From contig JAXGMI010000001.1 of the NCBI GenBank assembly GCA_040768745.1, positions 64,001 through 128,000 of the forward strand: 64,000 nucleotides of DNA, in the 5' to 3' direction. Shown here piece after piece: positions 40,795 through 50,741 of the stretch (position 1 is the stretch's first letter; the number at the start of each line of letters is the position of its first letter). The position numbers and the translations under genes were made by a program. Under the pieces are notes generated by a model. That model saw only the letters and a program-made list of their open reading frames with translations, had not been told where the DNA came from and did not search any database. Origin of the DNA: Desulfomicrobium sp. GTDB lineage: Bacteria > Desulfobacterota > Desulfovibrionia > Desulfovibrionales > Desulfomicrobiaceae.

Positions 40795-41973
40795 ATGGCC
40801 ATGAAAAGCACACCATCTTCAAAAATCAAGACCTTACTCATCCTCATCCTCCTGGCCGCCTTCCCGCCCCTGTCCACAGCCATGTACTTGCCGGCCCTGC
40901 CGACCCTGACCAAGGTGTGGGGCTGCACAGAAGCCGCCATCAACCTGACCTTGGTGGGATTCTTCGTCAGCTTCAGTCTGGCTCTTCTCGTCCATGGCCC
41001 CCTGTCAGACCGCTATGGCCGCAAGCCTGTCCTCATGGCCGGGATTTCCCTCTACATCCTGGCCTGCCTGGTCTGCTATCTCTCAAACGGTCCGAACATG
41101 CTCGTCGCCGGCCGCATTCTGCAGGGATTTGGCGCTGCAGCGGCGGCGACCCTGGCCCTGGCCATGACCAAAGACTGTTTCGATGGAGCCGAAAGGGAAC
41201 GGGCCATGGCCCACATGGCGGTCATTGGCTCCTTGGCGCCCATGCTGGCCCCGGTCCTTGGCGGAATCATGCTTTCGTTTGCCAGCTGGACCGCCATTTT
41301 CCTTTCCCAGGCAGCCCTTGGGGTGGTGTCCATGTGGGGGGTGTGGAAGCTGAAAGAGCCATCACCTGCGACCACGCGCACGTTGAAAGAGGTTTTTGGC
41401 AGCTACCTGCGGCTCATGTGCAATCTCAGGTTCATGACCCTCTGCCTGCTCGTCGCGCTGGGCATGACCCCCCTTTTTTGCTTCACAGGCGGGTCATCCT
41501 TCATCTTCATTTCCCATTTCGGTCTGAGCGAGCAGGCCTACAGCTTTTTCTTCGCCTTCAACGCCGCAGCCCTCATGCTCGGGTTCTGGATCTGCGGGCT
41601 CCTGCTCAAGCACACCAGCGGATTCCGGATCATCATGATGGGCTATATCGGCATTTTCGTCGGTGCCATGGTTCTGGCCTTCTGCGCCAACCTTGGTCCA
41701 TGGGGCATGGCCCTGCCCATGGGCTTCCTGACCATGAGCCTGGGAATCTCCCGGCCGCCCAGCAACAATTTCCTGCTCGAACAGGTCAAGAGTGACGCGG
41801 GTTCGGCCGCCTCCCTGATCATGTTCACCATGTTCGTCAGCGGCGCGGCGGCCGTTTGGTTTATCGCCCTGCCCTGGGACAACAAGATCCTGACCCTGGC
41901 AATGGTTGGTGTGGCTGCGAGCGTCCTGGTCCTCATCCTGTTGCCCTGGCTGGGGCGTTCCCCTCAGGCCTAG
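40795..41973 (+). CDS. Bcr/CflA-family MFS efflux transporter
   Basis: MYLPALP, GPLSDRYGRKPVL, GRILQG. Confidence 0.88.
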   Translation: MAMKSTPSSKIKTLLILILLAAFPPLSTAMYLPALPTLTKVWGCTEAAINLTLVGFFVSFSLALLVHGPLSDRYGRKPVLMAGISLYILACLVCYLSNGPNMLVAGRILQGFGAAAAATLALAMTKDCFDGAERERAMAHMAVIGSLAPMLAPVLGGIMLSFASWTAIFLSQAALGVVSMWGVWKLKEPSPATTRTLKEVFGSYLRLMCNLRFMTLCLLVALGMTPLFCFTGGSSFIFISHFGLSEQAYSFFFAFNAAALMLGFWICGLLLKHTSGFRIIMMGYIGIFVGAMVLAFCANLGPWGMALPMGFLTMSLGISRPPSNNFLLEQVKSDAGSAASLIMFTMFVSGAAAVWFIALPWDNKILTLAMVGVAASVLVLILLPWLGRSPQA

Positions 41974-42014
41974 ATCGAGGTGAAAAGTCTGGCCCGGGAT
42001 ACGGCGGACCACGT

Positions 42015-42050
42015 AAAAAAGGGGTTGCGGAAATTTTTCCGCAACCCCTT
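42015..42050 (-). terminator. Terminator downstream of tRNA-Lys
   Basis: AAGGGGTTGCGGAAA / TTTCCGCAACCCCTT stem with T-tract on minus strand. Confidence 0.75.
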
Positions 42051-42058
42051 GAAGTATC

Positions 42059-42134
42059 TGGTGGGCCAACAAGGAATCGAACCTTGAACCTGCTGATTAA
42101 GAGTCAGATGCTCTACCAATTGAGCTATTGGCCC
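42059..42134 (-). tRNA. tRNA-Lys(CTT)
   Basis: GGGCCAATAGCTCAATTGGTAGAGCATCTGACT-CTT-AATCAG...GGTTCGATTCC...GCCCACCA, 76 nt. Confidence 0.95.
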
Positions 42135-42307
42135 GTCTGTTCGGAATATACAAAGCATGTCAAGGTATTAGCCATAAAAACCTGCTTTGTTCCGACAACG
42201 AAGAGGCTTCTACGGTTTTCCACCCTGGCCGTCAAGGAAAAAAACAGACACGTCTCTACCCTGCCGCATACCCGCCCCGCTGCGGAAGAAATGTCCCTGC
42301 AGAAGTT

Positions 42308-42562
42308 TCACAACAGGTACTTCACCCCGTCACAGGAGGCCAGGGCCTGACTCAGACCGTCCAACTGCTCTTGGCTGTGCAGGAGCATGCGCACCGTGTA
42401 CGTCACATAGGTGCCATTGCGGGATACGTTGCTGGCCCTGGGCTTTTCGGTGAACCCCTGGGCGGCGATGGCGGAGCTGAGGGCATCAAAGGTTGCATCG
42501 GCGCAGGTGGCGATGATCTTGTATTCCCAGTGCAGCGGAAATTCGAGTTCAGGTCTCTTCAT
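42308..42562 (-). CDS. DUF493/YbeD-family protein
   Basis: LEFPLHWEYKII, SRNGTYVTYTV, GVKYLL. Confidence 0.8.
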   Translation of the reverse strand: MKRPELEFPLHWEYKIIATCADATFDALSSAIAAQGFTEKPRASNVSRNGTYVTYTVRMLLHSQEQLDGLSQALASCDGVKYLL

Positions 42563-42683
42563 CAGGCCTCCTTGTTGACGGATGGTTGCAGGGAAGCTAG
42601 TCCAGGGCAAAGCGTCCGTGACCAGCCTCATGGACAGGCTTTTTCGTCGCGTCAATACCTTCTTCCTTCCTGAGGAGGTCTGG

Positions 42684-43898
42684 GTGGAGAGCATCCGGGA
42701 GATTTTCCGCGTCGGCGCCGGTCCGTCCAGCAGCCACACCATGGGGCCCAAACGTGCGGCCGAAATGTTTCGCGGGCGCTATCCCCAGGCCGCTGGCTTC
42801 CGGGTCATCCTGTACGAGAGCCTGGCCGCCACTGGCAGGGGGCACCTTACCGATCAGGCCATCACCGCGGCTCTGGCCCCCCTGCCGGTGGAAATTCTGT
42901 GGTCCCCGGACGAACGGCGTCCCGAGCACCCCAATGCCATGAGCCTGATGGCCTTGGACGTCACGGGCAACGTCATCGGAGAGTTGACCGTGTTCAGCAT
43001 TGGCGGAGGCGCCCTGCGGGAAGAAGGGCAGCAGGATACGCTTCGGTCCATATATCCCCAGTCCACACTGACCGAGATCATGGATCTCTGCTCCGAAGAG
43101 GGGATTACGTTCTGGGAGTACGTGGAACGCCTGGAAGGGCCGGAAATATGGGGTTTCCTGGACTGCATCTGGGCCGCCATGAGCGCAAGCATCGAACGGG
43201 GGCTGACCACGGAAGGCGTTCTGCCCGGCGGGCTCAGACTGCCCCGCAGAGCCTGCTCCTTTCACCAGAAGGCCCTGCTCGGAGGAGCTGAACTGCGGCA
43301 AACCGGGCTGCTGACCTCCTATGCCCTGGCCGTGTCCGAGGAGAATGCGGCCTGCGGCACCATCGTCACGGCCCCGACCTGCGGCGCCAGCGGCGTGCTT
43401 CCGGCCGTCCTGCGCTACCTGCAGGAAAGCATCGGCTCACGGCACAGGGCCCTGCTGCAGGCCCTGGCCACGGCAGGCCTCATCGGTCAGGTCATCCGCA
43501 CCAACGCCTCCATCTCCGGGGCCGAGGTGGGCTGTCAGGGCGAGGTGGGTTCGGCCTGCGCCATGGCCGCCGCCGCGGCGAGCCAGCTCATGGGAGGGAC
43601 CATCCGTCAGATCGAATACGCAGCGGAGATGGGGCTGGAGCATCATCTGGGCCTGACCTGCGACCCTGTCGGCGGTCTGGTCCAAATTCCATGCATCGAG
43701 CGCAACGCCTGCGCCGCCACCAGGGCCCTGAGCATTGCCCAGATGGTCCTCCTCTCGGATGGAACGCACCGCATCCCTTTTGACGAGGTGGTGCGGGTCA
43801 TGAAAGAAACCGGCCATGACTTGCCCAGCCTGTACCGCGAAACGGCTCATGGCGGCTTGGCCAAGGCGTACTGGGAACGCAAGGACAAAAGAGGATAA
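42684..43898 (+). CDS. sdaA: L-serine ammonia-lyase (Fe-S, single chain)
   Basis: GPSSSHTMGP, TAPTCGASG, GCQGEVG, EHHLGLTCDPVGGLVQIPCIERNA. Confidence 0.94.
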   Translation: MESIREIFRVGAGPSSSHTMGPKRAAEMFRGRYPQAAGFRVILYESLAATGRGHLTDQAITAALAPLPVEILWSPDERRPEHPNAMSLMALDVTGNVIGELTVFSIGGGALREEGQQDTLRSIYPQSTLTEIMDLCSEEGITFWEYVERLEGPEIWGFLDCIWAAMSASIERGLTTEGVLPGGLRLPRRACSFHQKALLGGAELRQTGLLTSYALAVSEENAACGTIVTAPTCGASGVLPAVLRYLQESIGSRHRALLQALATAGLIGQVIRTNASISGAEVGCQGEVGSACAMAAAAASQLMGGTIRQIEYAAEMGLEHHLGLTCDPVGGLVQIPCIERNACAATRALSIAQMVLLSDGTHRIPFDEVVRVMKETGHDLPSLYRETAHGGLAKAYWERKDKRG

Positions 43899-43902
43899 CT
43901 GC

Positions 43903-44868
43903 ATGCACAGAGATGAAGAGGAATTCGAGGACCTTCCCTCAAGCAGGGAGCCCGCTGAACCCCACAGCCGGGCCAAGGAACTCAAACTTTTTACTATGTG
44001 TTTGAAAAAATTTATTAAAAAGGTTTTCCAGCACATGGTGGCAACGCGTTTTTCATCCTGGAAAGAGCTGGCCATCCACGAACAGGACGGACTTGCCTAC
44101 CCCATCTACAACTACATCATCGACGCGACGGACACCCGCCTCCGCCAGATCTATGCCGGATACGGGCTGGACATCGAAGGCGGGCAGCTCCTCCTGGCCG
44201 ATTTGTCGGTGTCTGCCATTCTGGAGGAAGAAGGCGCCATCGGGCTGGAATTTTATCTCTACGAAACCACGTCCATCGTGCCCTATGTCTGCGACGATTT
44301 TGCTGCCATTGAAAATGAACGACCGGACATGTCCCATTTCCATCGCATCAACCACGCGGATTTCGAGACGCTGTACGACGAACTCAAATCTCACGACATC
44401 TTTGACGATCTCTACTACGAGCTGAACAAATCCATTCTGCTCATCGAGCTGTCCGAGCGCGAGATCCTGGCTCAAATCAAAAAAGACAGCCTGCGCATCA
44501 TCTCCGGCATCTTCGCCCGGGCCAAGTCCATCTCCAATCTGAGCACCATCACCAACACCGACATCAAGGAATTCAAACTTGATTTTGCCGTGGAGGGCCG
44601 GAACTTCTCCATGGTCATCCTCAACGGACATGATGCCGAGAACCGGCCCGTCTACTCCTCGGTCCTGACCATGCCGGAGTACAAATCCGTGGCCCAGTAC
44701 GTGGACCTGGACAACCTGTATGAAAAACTCCTCAAGGTGCTCAGGACCAAGAACATCCCTGACCCGGAAGGCACCCTGCTAACCGCCCTCAAACTTCACG
44801 ACGCCGCCGGAAAGCCGGGCAGCCTGGTCACAGCCCTGGCCGAACCGCGCTTTGATTCCGCACCTTGA
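43903..44868 (+). CDS. Hypothetical acidic protein
   Basis: 321-aa ORF with host-like codon usage, 4 nt after sdaA. Confidence 0.7.
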   Translation: MHRDEEEFEDLPSSREPAEPHSRAKELKLFTMCLKKFIKKVFQHMVATRFSSWKELAIHEQDGLAYPIYNYIIDATDTRLRQIYAGYGLDIEGGQLLLADLSVSAILEEEGAIGLEFYLYETTSIVPYVCDDFAAIENERPDMSHFHRINHADFETLYDELKSHDIFDDLYYELNKSILLIELSEREILAQIKKDSLRIISGIFARAKSISNLSTITNTDIKEFKLDFAVEGRNFSMVILNGHDAENRPVYSSVLTMPEYKSVAQYVDLDNLYEKLLKVLRTKNIPDPEGTLLTALKLHDAAGKPGSLVTALAEPRFDSAP

Positions 44869-45098
44869 CCATTCGAATCATCCCAAGCTAGGTTTATTAT
44901 ATCGAGAATACGAATCTGCCGTTCCCCATTGGCAGAAATCTGCACACGGCGGCTGGGGCGCGAAACGCATGCCGTCGACAATTCCATGAATCTGTCCGGC
45001 AAGGGACGGGGCATTTCACAGATCCGGACAGTGCGCAGTCGTTTGGAAGATCACTCAAACAATAGAACACGTTATCACTTCCAACCAAGGAGTATACT

Positions 45099-45569
45099 AT
45101 GACACATCGTACACGGGCTTTCACAGCCACCCTTCTGCTTGTGTCCATGATGGGAATGCTCACGTCCTGCGCATCCAGCCGTTCAGGACAGGTCTATTCC
45201 AGGGATCAGGCCCGCCAGGAAATGAGGGTCCATTACGGGACCGTGAAGGAAGTCCGCATGGTCCAGATCGAGGGCACCCAGAGTGGTATCGGCACCGTGG
45301 CCGGCGGCGTGCTGGGCGGCGTGCTGGGCAGTTTTGTCGGCGGCGGCAGGGGACGAGTCATCGGTGCTACGGTCGGCGCCCTGGGCGGCGCAGCCGGTGG
45401 TGCCGTGACCGAATCAGCCGTGACCAAGAAGGACGGCGTGGAAGTAACTGTTGAACTGGATTCAGGAGAAATAGTGACCGTTGTCCAGGAAGCGGACATG
45501 CAGTTCTACACCGGCGACAGGATCCGCTTGCTGCGCGCCAATGACGGGACAGCCAGAGTGCTGCACTAA
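45099..45569 (+). CDS. SlyB-like glycine-zipper outer membrane lipoprotein
   Basis: Lipobox LTSC, glycine zipper GTVAGGVLGGVLGSFVGGG. Confidence 0.88.
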   Translation: MTHRTRAFTATLLLVSMMGMLTSCASSRSGQVYSRDQARQEMRVHYGTVKEVRMVQIEGTQSGIGTVAGGVLGGVLGSFVGGGRGRVIGATVGALGGAAGGAVTESAVTKKDGVEVTVELDSGEIVTVVQEADMQFYTGDRIRLLRANDGTARVLH

Positions 45570-45594
45570 CACTCTTTCAACAAGGAGAAGCGCC

Positions 45595-46077
45595 TTGGAG
45601 ATTACCCTCGTTCCCATCAAGAACCCCCAGGGCCTGAACATGATCCTGGGCATGTCGCACTTCATCAAGACCGTGGAAGACGTTCACGAGGCCATGGTCA
45701 ACACCGTGCCTGGAGCAAAATTCGGGCTGGCTTTTTGTGAAGCGTCCGATGCCTGCCTGATCCGCACCACCGGCACGGATCCGGATCTCGTGGACCTGGC
45801 TACGCAAAACGCATTGGCTCTTTCCGCCGGACACAGCTTCATCCTGTTCATGCGCGACATGTTTCCCATCAATGTGGTCAATACACTTCAAAACGTGCCT
45901 GAAGTGGTGCGCCTTTTCTGCGCTTCGGCCAATCCGGTGCAGGCCATTGTGGCGCAGACCGAACAGGGCCGGGGCATCCTGGGGGTGGTGGACGGTTTCG
46001 CCTCCAAGGGTGTCGAAGGCGAGGAAGACAAGGCCAAACGGGCAAAACTACTGCGAATGATCGGGTACAAATTCTGA
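45595..46077 (+). CDS. Adenosine-specific kinase / DUF355 family
   Basis: ILGMSHFIKTVED, FCEAS, FPINV, FCASANP, GILGVVDG; TTG start after AAGGAG. Confidence 0.85.
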   Translation: MEITLVPIKNPQGLNMILGMSHFIKTVEDVHEAMVNTVPGAKFGLAFCEASDACLIRTTGTDPDLVDLATQNALALSAGHSFILFMRDMFPINVVNTLQNVPEVVRLFCASANPVQAIVAQTEQGRGILGVVDGFASKGVEGEEDKAKRAKLLRMIGYKF

Positions 46078-46418
46078 ACAATAGCGTTCCCTGTTCTGGT
46101 GGTGGCGATCTGACTCGGCAACCACCACCAGAACTTCATACCGTGCCGCGACCTTTTCAGCCTGCAGGGCGGCATGGAAACACGCCTCTTTTTCGAATCC
46201 CCGTAACTCCGTGCCACCCCGGGGACCTCCGCGCGCTGGCCAGATGATACCATATCCCTTTTCCCTGACCGAGGACGGACAGGCTCTTCCCCCACGCACC
46301 CCCAGGGTGCGGGCATCGCAAACCGCAATGGGTCGTCCGCGCTGCTTTGACATTCCGCATTGCCTCCGGATCAATGAATCCGTATGAATGCGTCGAATCT
46401 GCATCGAAGGAGACTCCC

Positions 46419-47336
46419 ATGGAACATGTTGACATCCTCATCATCGGACAGGGGCCTGCCGGACTTTCGGCGGCCATCTACACAGCCCGGGCCGGCATGA
46501 ATACCCTCATTCTTGGTTGCCCGCCCAAAATCGCCGGGGATTACGACATAGACAACTACTTTGGGTTTACCGAAACCATCACCGGCAAGGAACTGATCGA
46601 ACGCGGTCGGGCCCAGGCCGCCAGGTTCGGAGCGGAAATCCGCTGCGACCGGGTGCTCGGGATCCACCAGACAGAATCCGGCTCCTTTCTGGCCAAGACC
46701 GAGAACGAAGAAATAGAGGCGGCGGCACTGATCCTGGCCACGGGTGTGTCCCGCATCCGGCCCGGAATATCCAACCTGTCCGAGTACGAAGGCAAGGGTG
46801 TGTCCTACTGCGTGAGCTGCGATGGATTCTTTGTCCGCGGCAAGCAGGTGGTGGTGGTCGGCGAAGGCAATTTCGCCGCCAACCAGGCTCTGGAACTCCT
46901 GCAGTATACGCCAAACGTCAGCGTCTGCACCCAGGGAAAAAAATCGGCCATGAACGGCGAATTCCGAAATCGGCTGAAGGAACATGGCATCGACGTCATC
47001 CAGGACTCGATCACCTCCCTGGCCGGAGCTGACGGACTGGAAAAAGCCATCCTGGAAAGCGGTCGTGAACTGCCGGCCCAGGGCCTGTTCGTGGCCATGG
47101 GCGAGGCTTCGTCCAACGACTTCGCCTACAGTCTGGGACTGATCCGCAACGCTCAGTTCATCGATACGGACCGCGACCAGCGCACCAACATCCCCGGGGT
47201 CTTTGCCGCCGGGGACTGTGTGGGACGGTTTCTGCAGATCAGCGTGGCCGTTGGGGAGGGGGCTTTGGCTGGCCGCGGGGCCATCAGCCACGTCAAGGAG
47301 CGGCGCCGGGCTTCCCTTGACAAAGAGACTCGCTAG
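46419..47336 (+). CDS. Thioredoxin reductase-like FAD/NAD(P) oxidoreductase
   Basis: GQGPAGLSAA, GVSYCVSCDG, TNIPGVFAAGD. Confidence 0.88.
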   Translation: MEHVDILIIGQGPAGLSAAIYTARAGMNTLILGCPPKIAGDYDIDNYFGFTETITGKELIERGRAQAARFGAEIRCDRVLGIHQTESGSFLAKTENEEIEAAALILATGVSRIRPGISNLSEYEGKGVSYCVSCDGFFVRGKQVVVVGEGNFAANQALELLQYTPNVSVCTQGKKSAMNGEFRNRLKEHGIDVIQDSITSLAGADGLEKAILESGRELPAQGLFVAMGEASSNDFAYSLGLIRNAQFIDTDRDQRTNIPGVFAAGDCVGRFLQISVAVGEGALAGRGAISHVKERRRASLDKETR

Positions 47337-47364
47337 GACATATCAACCGCAGGCTGTCACGAAC

Positions 47365-47440
47365 GGGCCTATAGCTCAGTTGGTAGAGCCCCCGGCTCAT
47401 AACCGGATGGTCCCAGGTTCGACCCCTGGTAGGCCCACCA
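47365..47440 (+). tRNA. tRNA with CAT anticodon (probably Ile2; Met not excluded)
   Basis: GGGCCTATAGCTCAG...GGCT-CAT-AACC...GGTTCGACCC...GGCCCACCA; acceptor stem resembles Ile2. Confidence 0.9.
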
Positions 47441-47480
47441 TCACAACAAAAATGCCTGGAATTTCCGGGCTTTTTTTTAT

Positions 47481-47588
47481 GGCTCATCCGGTTAAAGCGT
47501 ACTTGGCCTCGTCAATCCCCAGAATCCTGAGTTTGAAGAACTCCTGGTCCTGGTAGCCGTACGCCTGCCTTTTGAGCGTCTTGATTTT
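47481..47588 (-). mobile_element. ISL3 right-end fragment
   Basis: 108 bp nearly identical to 48977-49084 (KIKTLKRQAYGYQDQEFFKL). Confidence 0.85.
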
Positions 47589-47908
47589 CTTGCCTACGAC
47601 GACAACCAGGAGCCACCCGTTCCCCATTTCTTTGCGGTCTATGCACGACCGGCCACAACGGGGCAAAGGGCATAAAGGGGCAGGACCGTCCGACTGGGTC
47701 TCTGAAACCAAGAGTATCATCGGGACGCCGTTCTCAAGGCCGTCGCTGCACGCAAGGCATGCAATGACCGTGTTTTTGGGTTTGCCCTGCGGGGAGAATC
47801 GGCTGTGGTGCACCTGGCGACCAAGTGCCACTGAACGACCGTGCAGTGAAGCGGGGTTCTTGACGGTTATACTTATTTTTCAATATATAAGTATAACCAA
47901 GGAGGGAC

Positions 47909-48991
47909 ATGCAAAAATTTACCGCATTGCCGACGCAAGTCCACACCATGTACGCCCAACTTCTCGACCAGTGCCGAGAAGCCCGGTTCGTCGACGACTT
48001 TCCGGCCACTGGATCTTTCAAGAAAGTCACGGTCAAGGGCCGCGACTACTGGTATTACCAGTCCAGCAAACAAGAACAGGGCAAGGGCTACCAAAAGCAA
48101 AAGTATGTCGGCCCGGACAGTGAGAAAATCCGCGCCCTGATCGAACGCCACGCCCGATTGAAAGACGAGTACGGGCAGCGTCGGCAGATCGTGCGGACCT
48201 TCAAGCAGCTTGGCGTCATCACGCCTTCGGATATTGCCGGCGATTTGATTGAGCGGCTTGCCGCCCTGGGGACATTTCGAATGCGGGCTTGCCTGGTTGG
48301 AACCTTCGCTTTCCAGGTTTATGAAGGGCTTCTGGGCGTCAAATTCCCCAGAGAGTACGCCTACACTCAAGACCTGGACATTGCCCAATTCCGCGAGGTC
48401 AGCATTGCTGTCGCCGCCACGGACAAGGTCCCCTCGCTCTTGGAGGCGCTTCGGACGATTGATCCCTCCTTTGAGCCAACTTCATCCCTTGAACACAGCG
48501 ACCCTCCTTGTCGCTACAAAAATCGCGATGGCTATGTCGTGGATATTTTGGTGCCAAACCGCGGAGCCGACAAGGCCGCCGCCGAACCCCTGCCGGCTCT
48601 CGGCACTGCTGGCCAGCTTTTGCGCTACCTTGACTTTTTGATCTACCAGCCGGTCGAAGCCGTGGCGCTTCATGGCGGCGGCGTCCTCGTCAACGTGCCG
48701 GAACCGTCCCGTTTCGCGGTGCACAAGCTGATCGTTTCGCGAGTGCGCCCGGAGGTCCCAAAACGGGCCAAGGATTTGTGGCAGGCCAGCTGTCTTTTGA
48801 CGGTGCAACTCAGGCAGGACAGACACGGCCTGATGGATGCCTTCGCAGAAGCACTGGCTCGTGGCCCGAAGTGGATCCAAAACGTGCGGAAGGGACTTGA
48901 ATCCCTGGATGCTGACTTGCGGGAAGAATTGCGGACGGTCTTGGAGGCGCCAGTGAGCAAGACCGGTCTTAAAATTGGCTCATCCGGTTAA
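47909..48991 (+). CDS. GSU2403-like nucleotidyltransferase-fold protein
   Basis: LVGTFAFQVY...TQDLDIAQF (G-T/DxD), VPEPSRFAVHKLIV; N-terminal KGRDYWYYQ...KYVGP. Confidence 0.75.
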   Translation: MQKFTALPTQVHTMYAQLLDQCREARFVDDFPATGSFKKVTVKGRDYWYYQSSKQEQGKGYQKQKYVGPDSEKIRALIERHARLKDEYGQRRQIVRTFKQLGVITPSDIAGDLIERLAALGTFRMRACLVGTFAFQVYEGLLGVKFPREYAYTQDLDIAQFREVSIAVAATDKVPSLLEALRTIDPSFEPTSSLEHSDPPCRYKNRDGYVVDILVPNRGADKAAAEPLPALGTAGQLLRYLDFLIYQPVEAVALHGGGVLVNVPEPSRFAVHKLIVSRVRPEVPKRAKDLWQASCLLTVQLRQDRHGLMDAFAEALARGPKWIQNVRKGLESLDADLREELRTVLEAPVSKTGLKIGSSG

Positions 48992-50170
48992 AGCGTTCTT
49001 GGCCTCGTCAATCCCCAGAATCCTGAGTTTGAAGAACTCCTGGTCCTGGTAGCCGTACGCCTGCCTTTTGAGCGTCTTGATTTTGCTGTTGGTTCCTTCC
49101 ATGAGTCCGGAGGATATGGGATGGTTGTACCAAGCCAGGATGCCAGTTCGGTACATGGCCATGGTCTTGCCCATCTTCACCAAAGGGCCAACATCTGAAG
49201 CCAGGGCGCTGCTTATCCACTGCTCGAGACACTCGGCCGCGGCGGCCTTGTTCGGCTGCTTCCAGATCTGGCGCAGTTCCTCTTTGAGTTAGTAGGCCTT
49301 GGCCAACGGCTCATTGGCCCCAGCGCCTCTTGCAACCGCTCGTGCTCCTGCCGCTCCGGGTTGAGGTTTCCCGGATTCTTCAGCAGAATCCAGCGGCTGC
49401 CTTTGAGCACGTTCTTGCCCATCGTGTCCTGCAACTCGCGGTGGAGCTTGCGCCGCACCTCCGTAAGCCTGTCGTTCATCAGCTTCACCACATGGAAGTG
49501 GTCGAGCACCACGGCGACACCCGGCAGATGTTCGAGCACGGACCCGATATAGGCTGCGCTCATATCCGTCGCCACCGCCCGTATCCTGGCCCGAGAGCGC
49601 TTCAGGCGTTCCCAGTTTCAGGGAGTCAGCTCCTCGGCCGTCACCCACGAAGACAACCTTGCCGCTGCGCAGGTCCATCACCAGGGTCAGGTACTTGTGG
49701 CCTTTGCGGATACTGATCTCGTCAATGGCGATGTACTCAAGGCCGGCCAGGCTCGGCTTGCCGAAACGTCTGTGCAGATGCCGTTTGAGAATATCCTTGA
49801 CCACATCCCAGCCGACTCCCAGCAACATGGCAACGTCCAGCATCGTCATCGCCTTGGTCAGCGCCAGGACAAAACGCGCGAACGCCTTGGTGTGCCGCCG
49901 CCGCGGCTCGGCAATACGCAACTCGATCCGGCGGACAAGTCCACATGACGCACACCCAATCCGTGGCACCTCGTCGACCAGCCAGACAGGCTTGAAGCCA
50001 ACGGGCACCGTGCGCAGCCATCGCTTCGATACGCCACGGTGCAGGACATCGCGGCTTCGGCAGCATGGGCAGCGGACCAGCTTGCCCTTGGGGCGCACAT
50101 GCAGGAGGACGTTTCCCCCTACGAATTCCTGCCGGACGTAGTCATAGCCAGGCTCCCTCCGCTCCACCTT
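48977..50170 (-). pseudogene. ISL3-family transposase, frameshifted and 5'-truncated
   Basis: CPCC..C zinc finger, IAIDEISIRKGHKY, DMSAAY, DHFHVVKL, EGTNSKIK spread over several frames. Confidence 0.88.
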
Positions 50171-50324
50171 TGGAGCTTATCTGCCGATCCCACACAACAT
50201 CCTCAAAGACACTGGCACCGAATTATTCCTCAAATCCCATCCTCCTTTTTTCATTGAGCAAAATTATGCTAAATATTTTATACGACACTTTACATTAACA
50301 TTAAAAATGTCGCATAAAGACCCC

Positions 50325-50741
50325 ATGAGCTCACAAGATAACAAACTCACCATCGACGAAGTCAGCGGGCTGACCTCGGTGTCGCCGCGCACCATCCGGT
50401 TCTACATCCAGAGGGGGCTGGTGGACCGCCCGGTGGGGCAGCGCAAGGCCGCCCATTACACCAGGGACCATGTCCGCCAGTTGCTGGAGATCGAGAAATG
50501 GAAGGCGGCCGGGGTGTCCCTGGAGGCCATCCGGGGGATCATGGCCGGCGGGCAGGCCGGGTCCGGAATGCCTGACCCGGCGCGGCGGCCCGGCGAGATC
50601 CGCCTCTGCTCCAAAGTCTGGCTGGCGCCGGGCCTGGAACTGCACCTCGACCCTGCGGAACTGAAGCTCGACGCCGAACAGCTGCGGCGTCTGGCCGGGA
50701 AGATCGCCGACCTGGTTTCGTCCATGACCAACAAGGAGTGA
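50325..50741 (+). CDS. MerR-family HTH regulator
   Basis: TIDEVSGLTSVSPRTIRFYIQRGLV; C-terminal LAPGLELHLD; start 50307 or 50325. Confidence 0.85.
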   Translation: MSSQDNKLTIDEVSGLTSVSPRTIRFYIQRGLVDRPVGQRKAAHYTRDHVRQLLEIEKWKAAGVSLEAIRGIMAGGQAGSGMPDPARRPGEIRLCSKVWLAPGLELHLDPAELKLDAEQLRRLAGKIADLVSSMTNKE

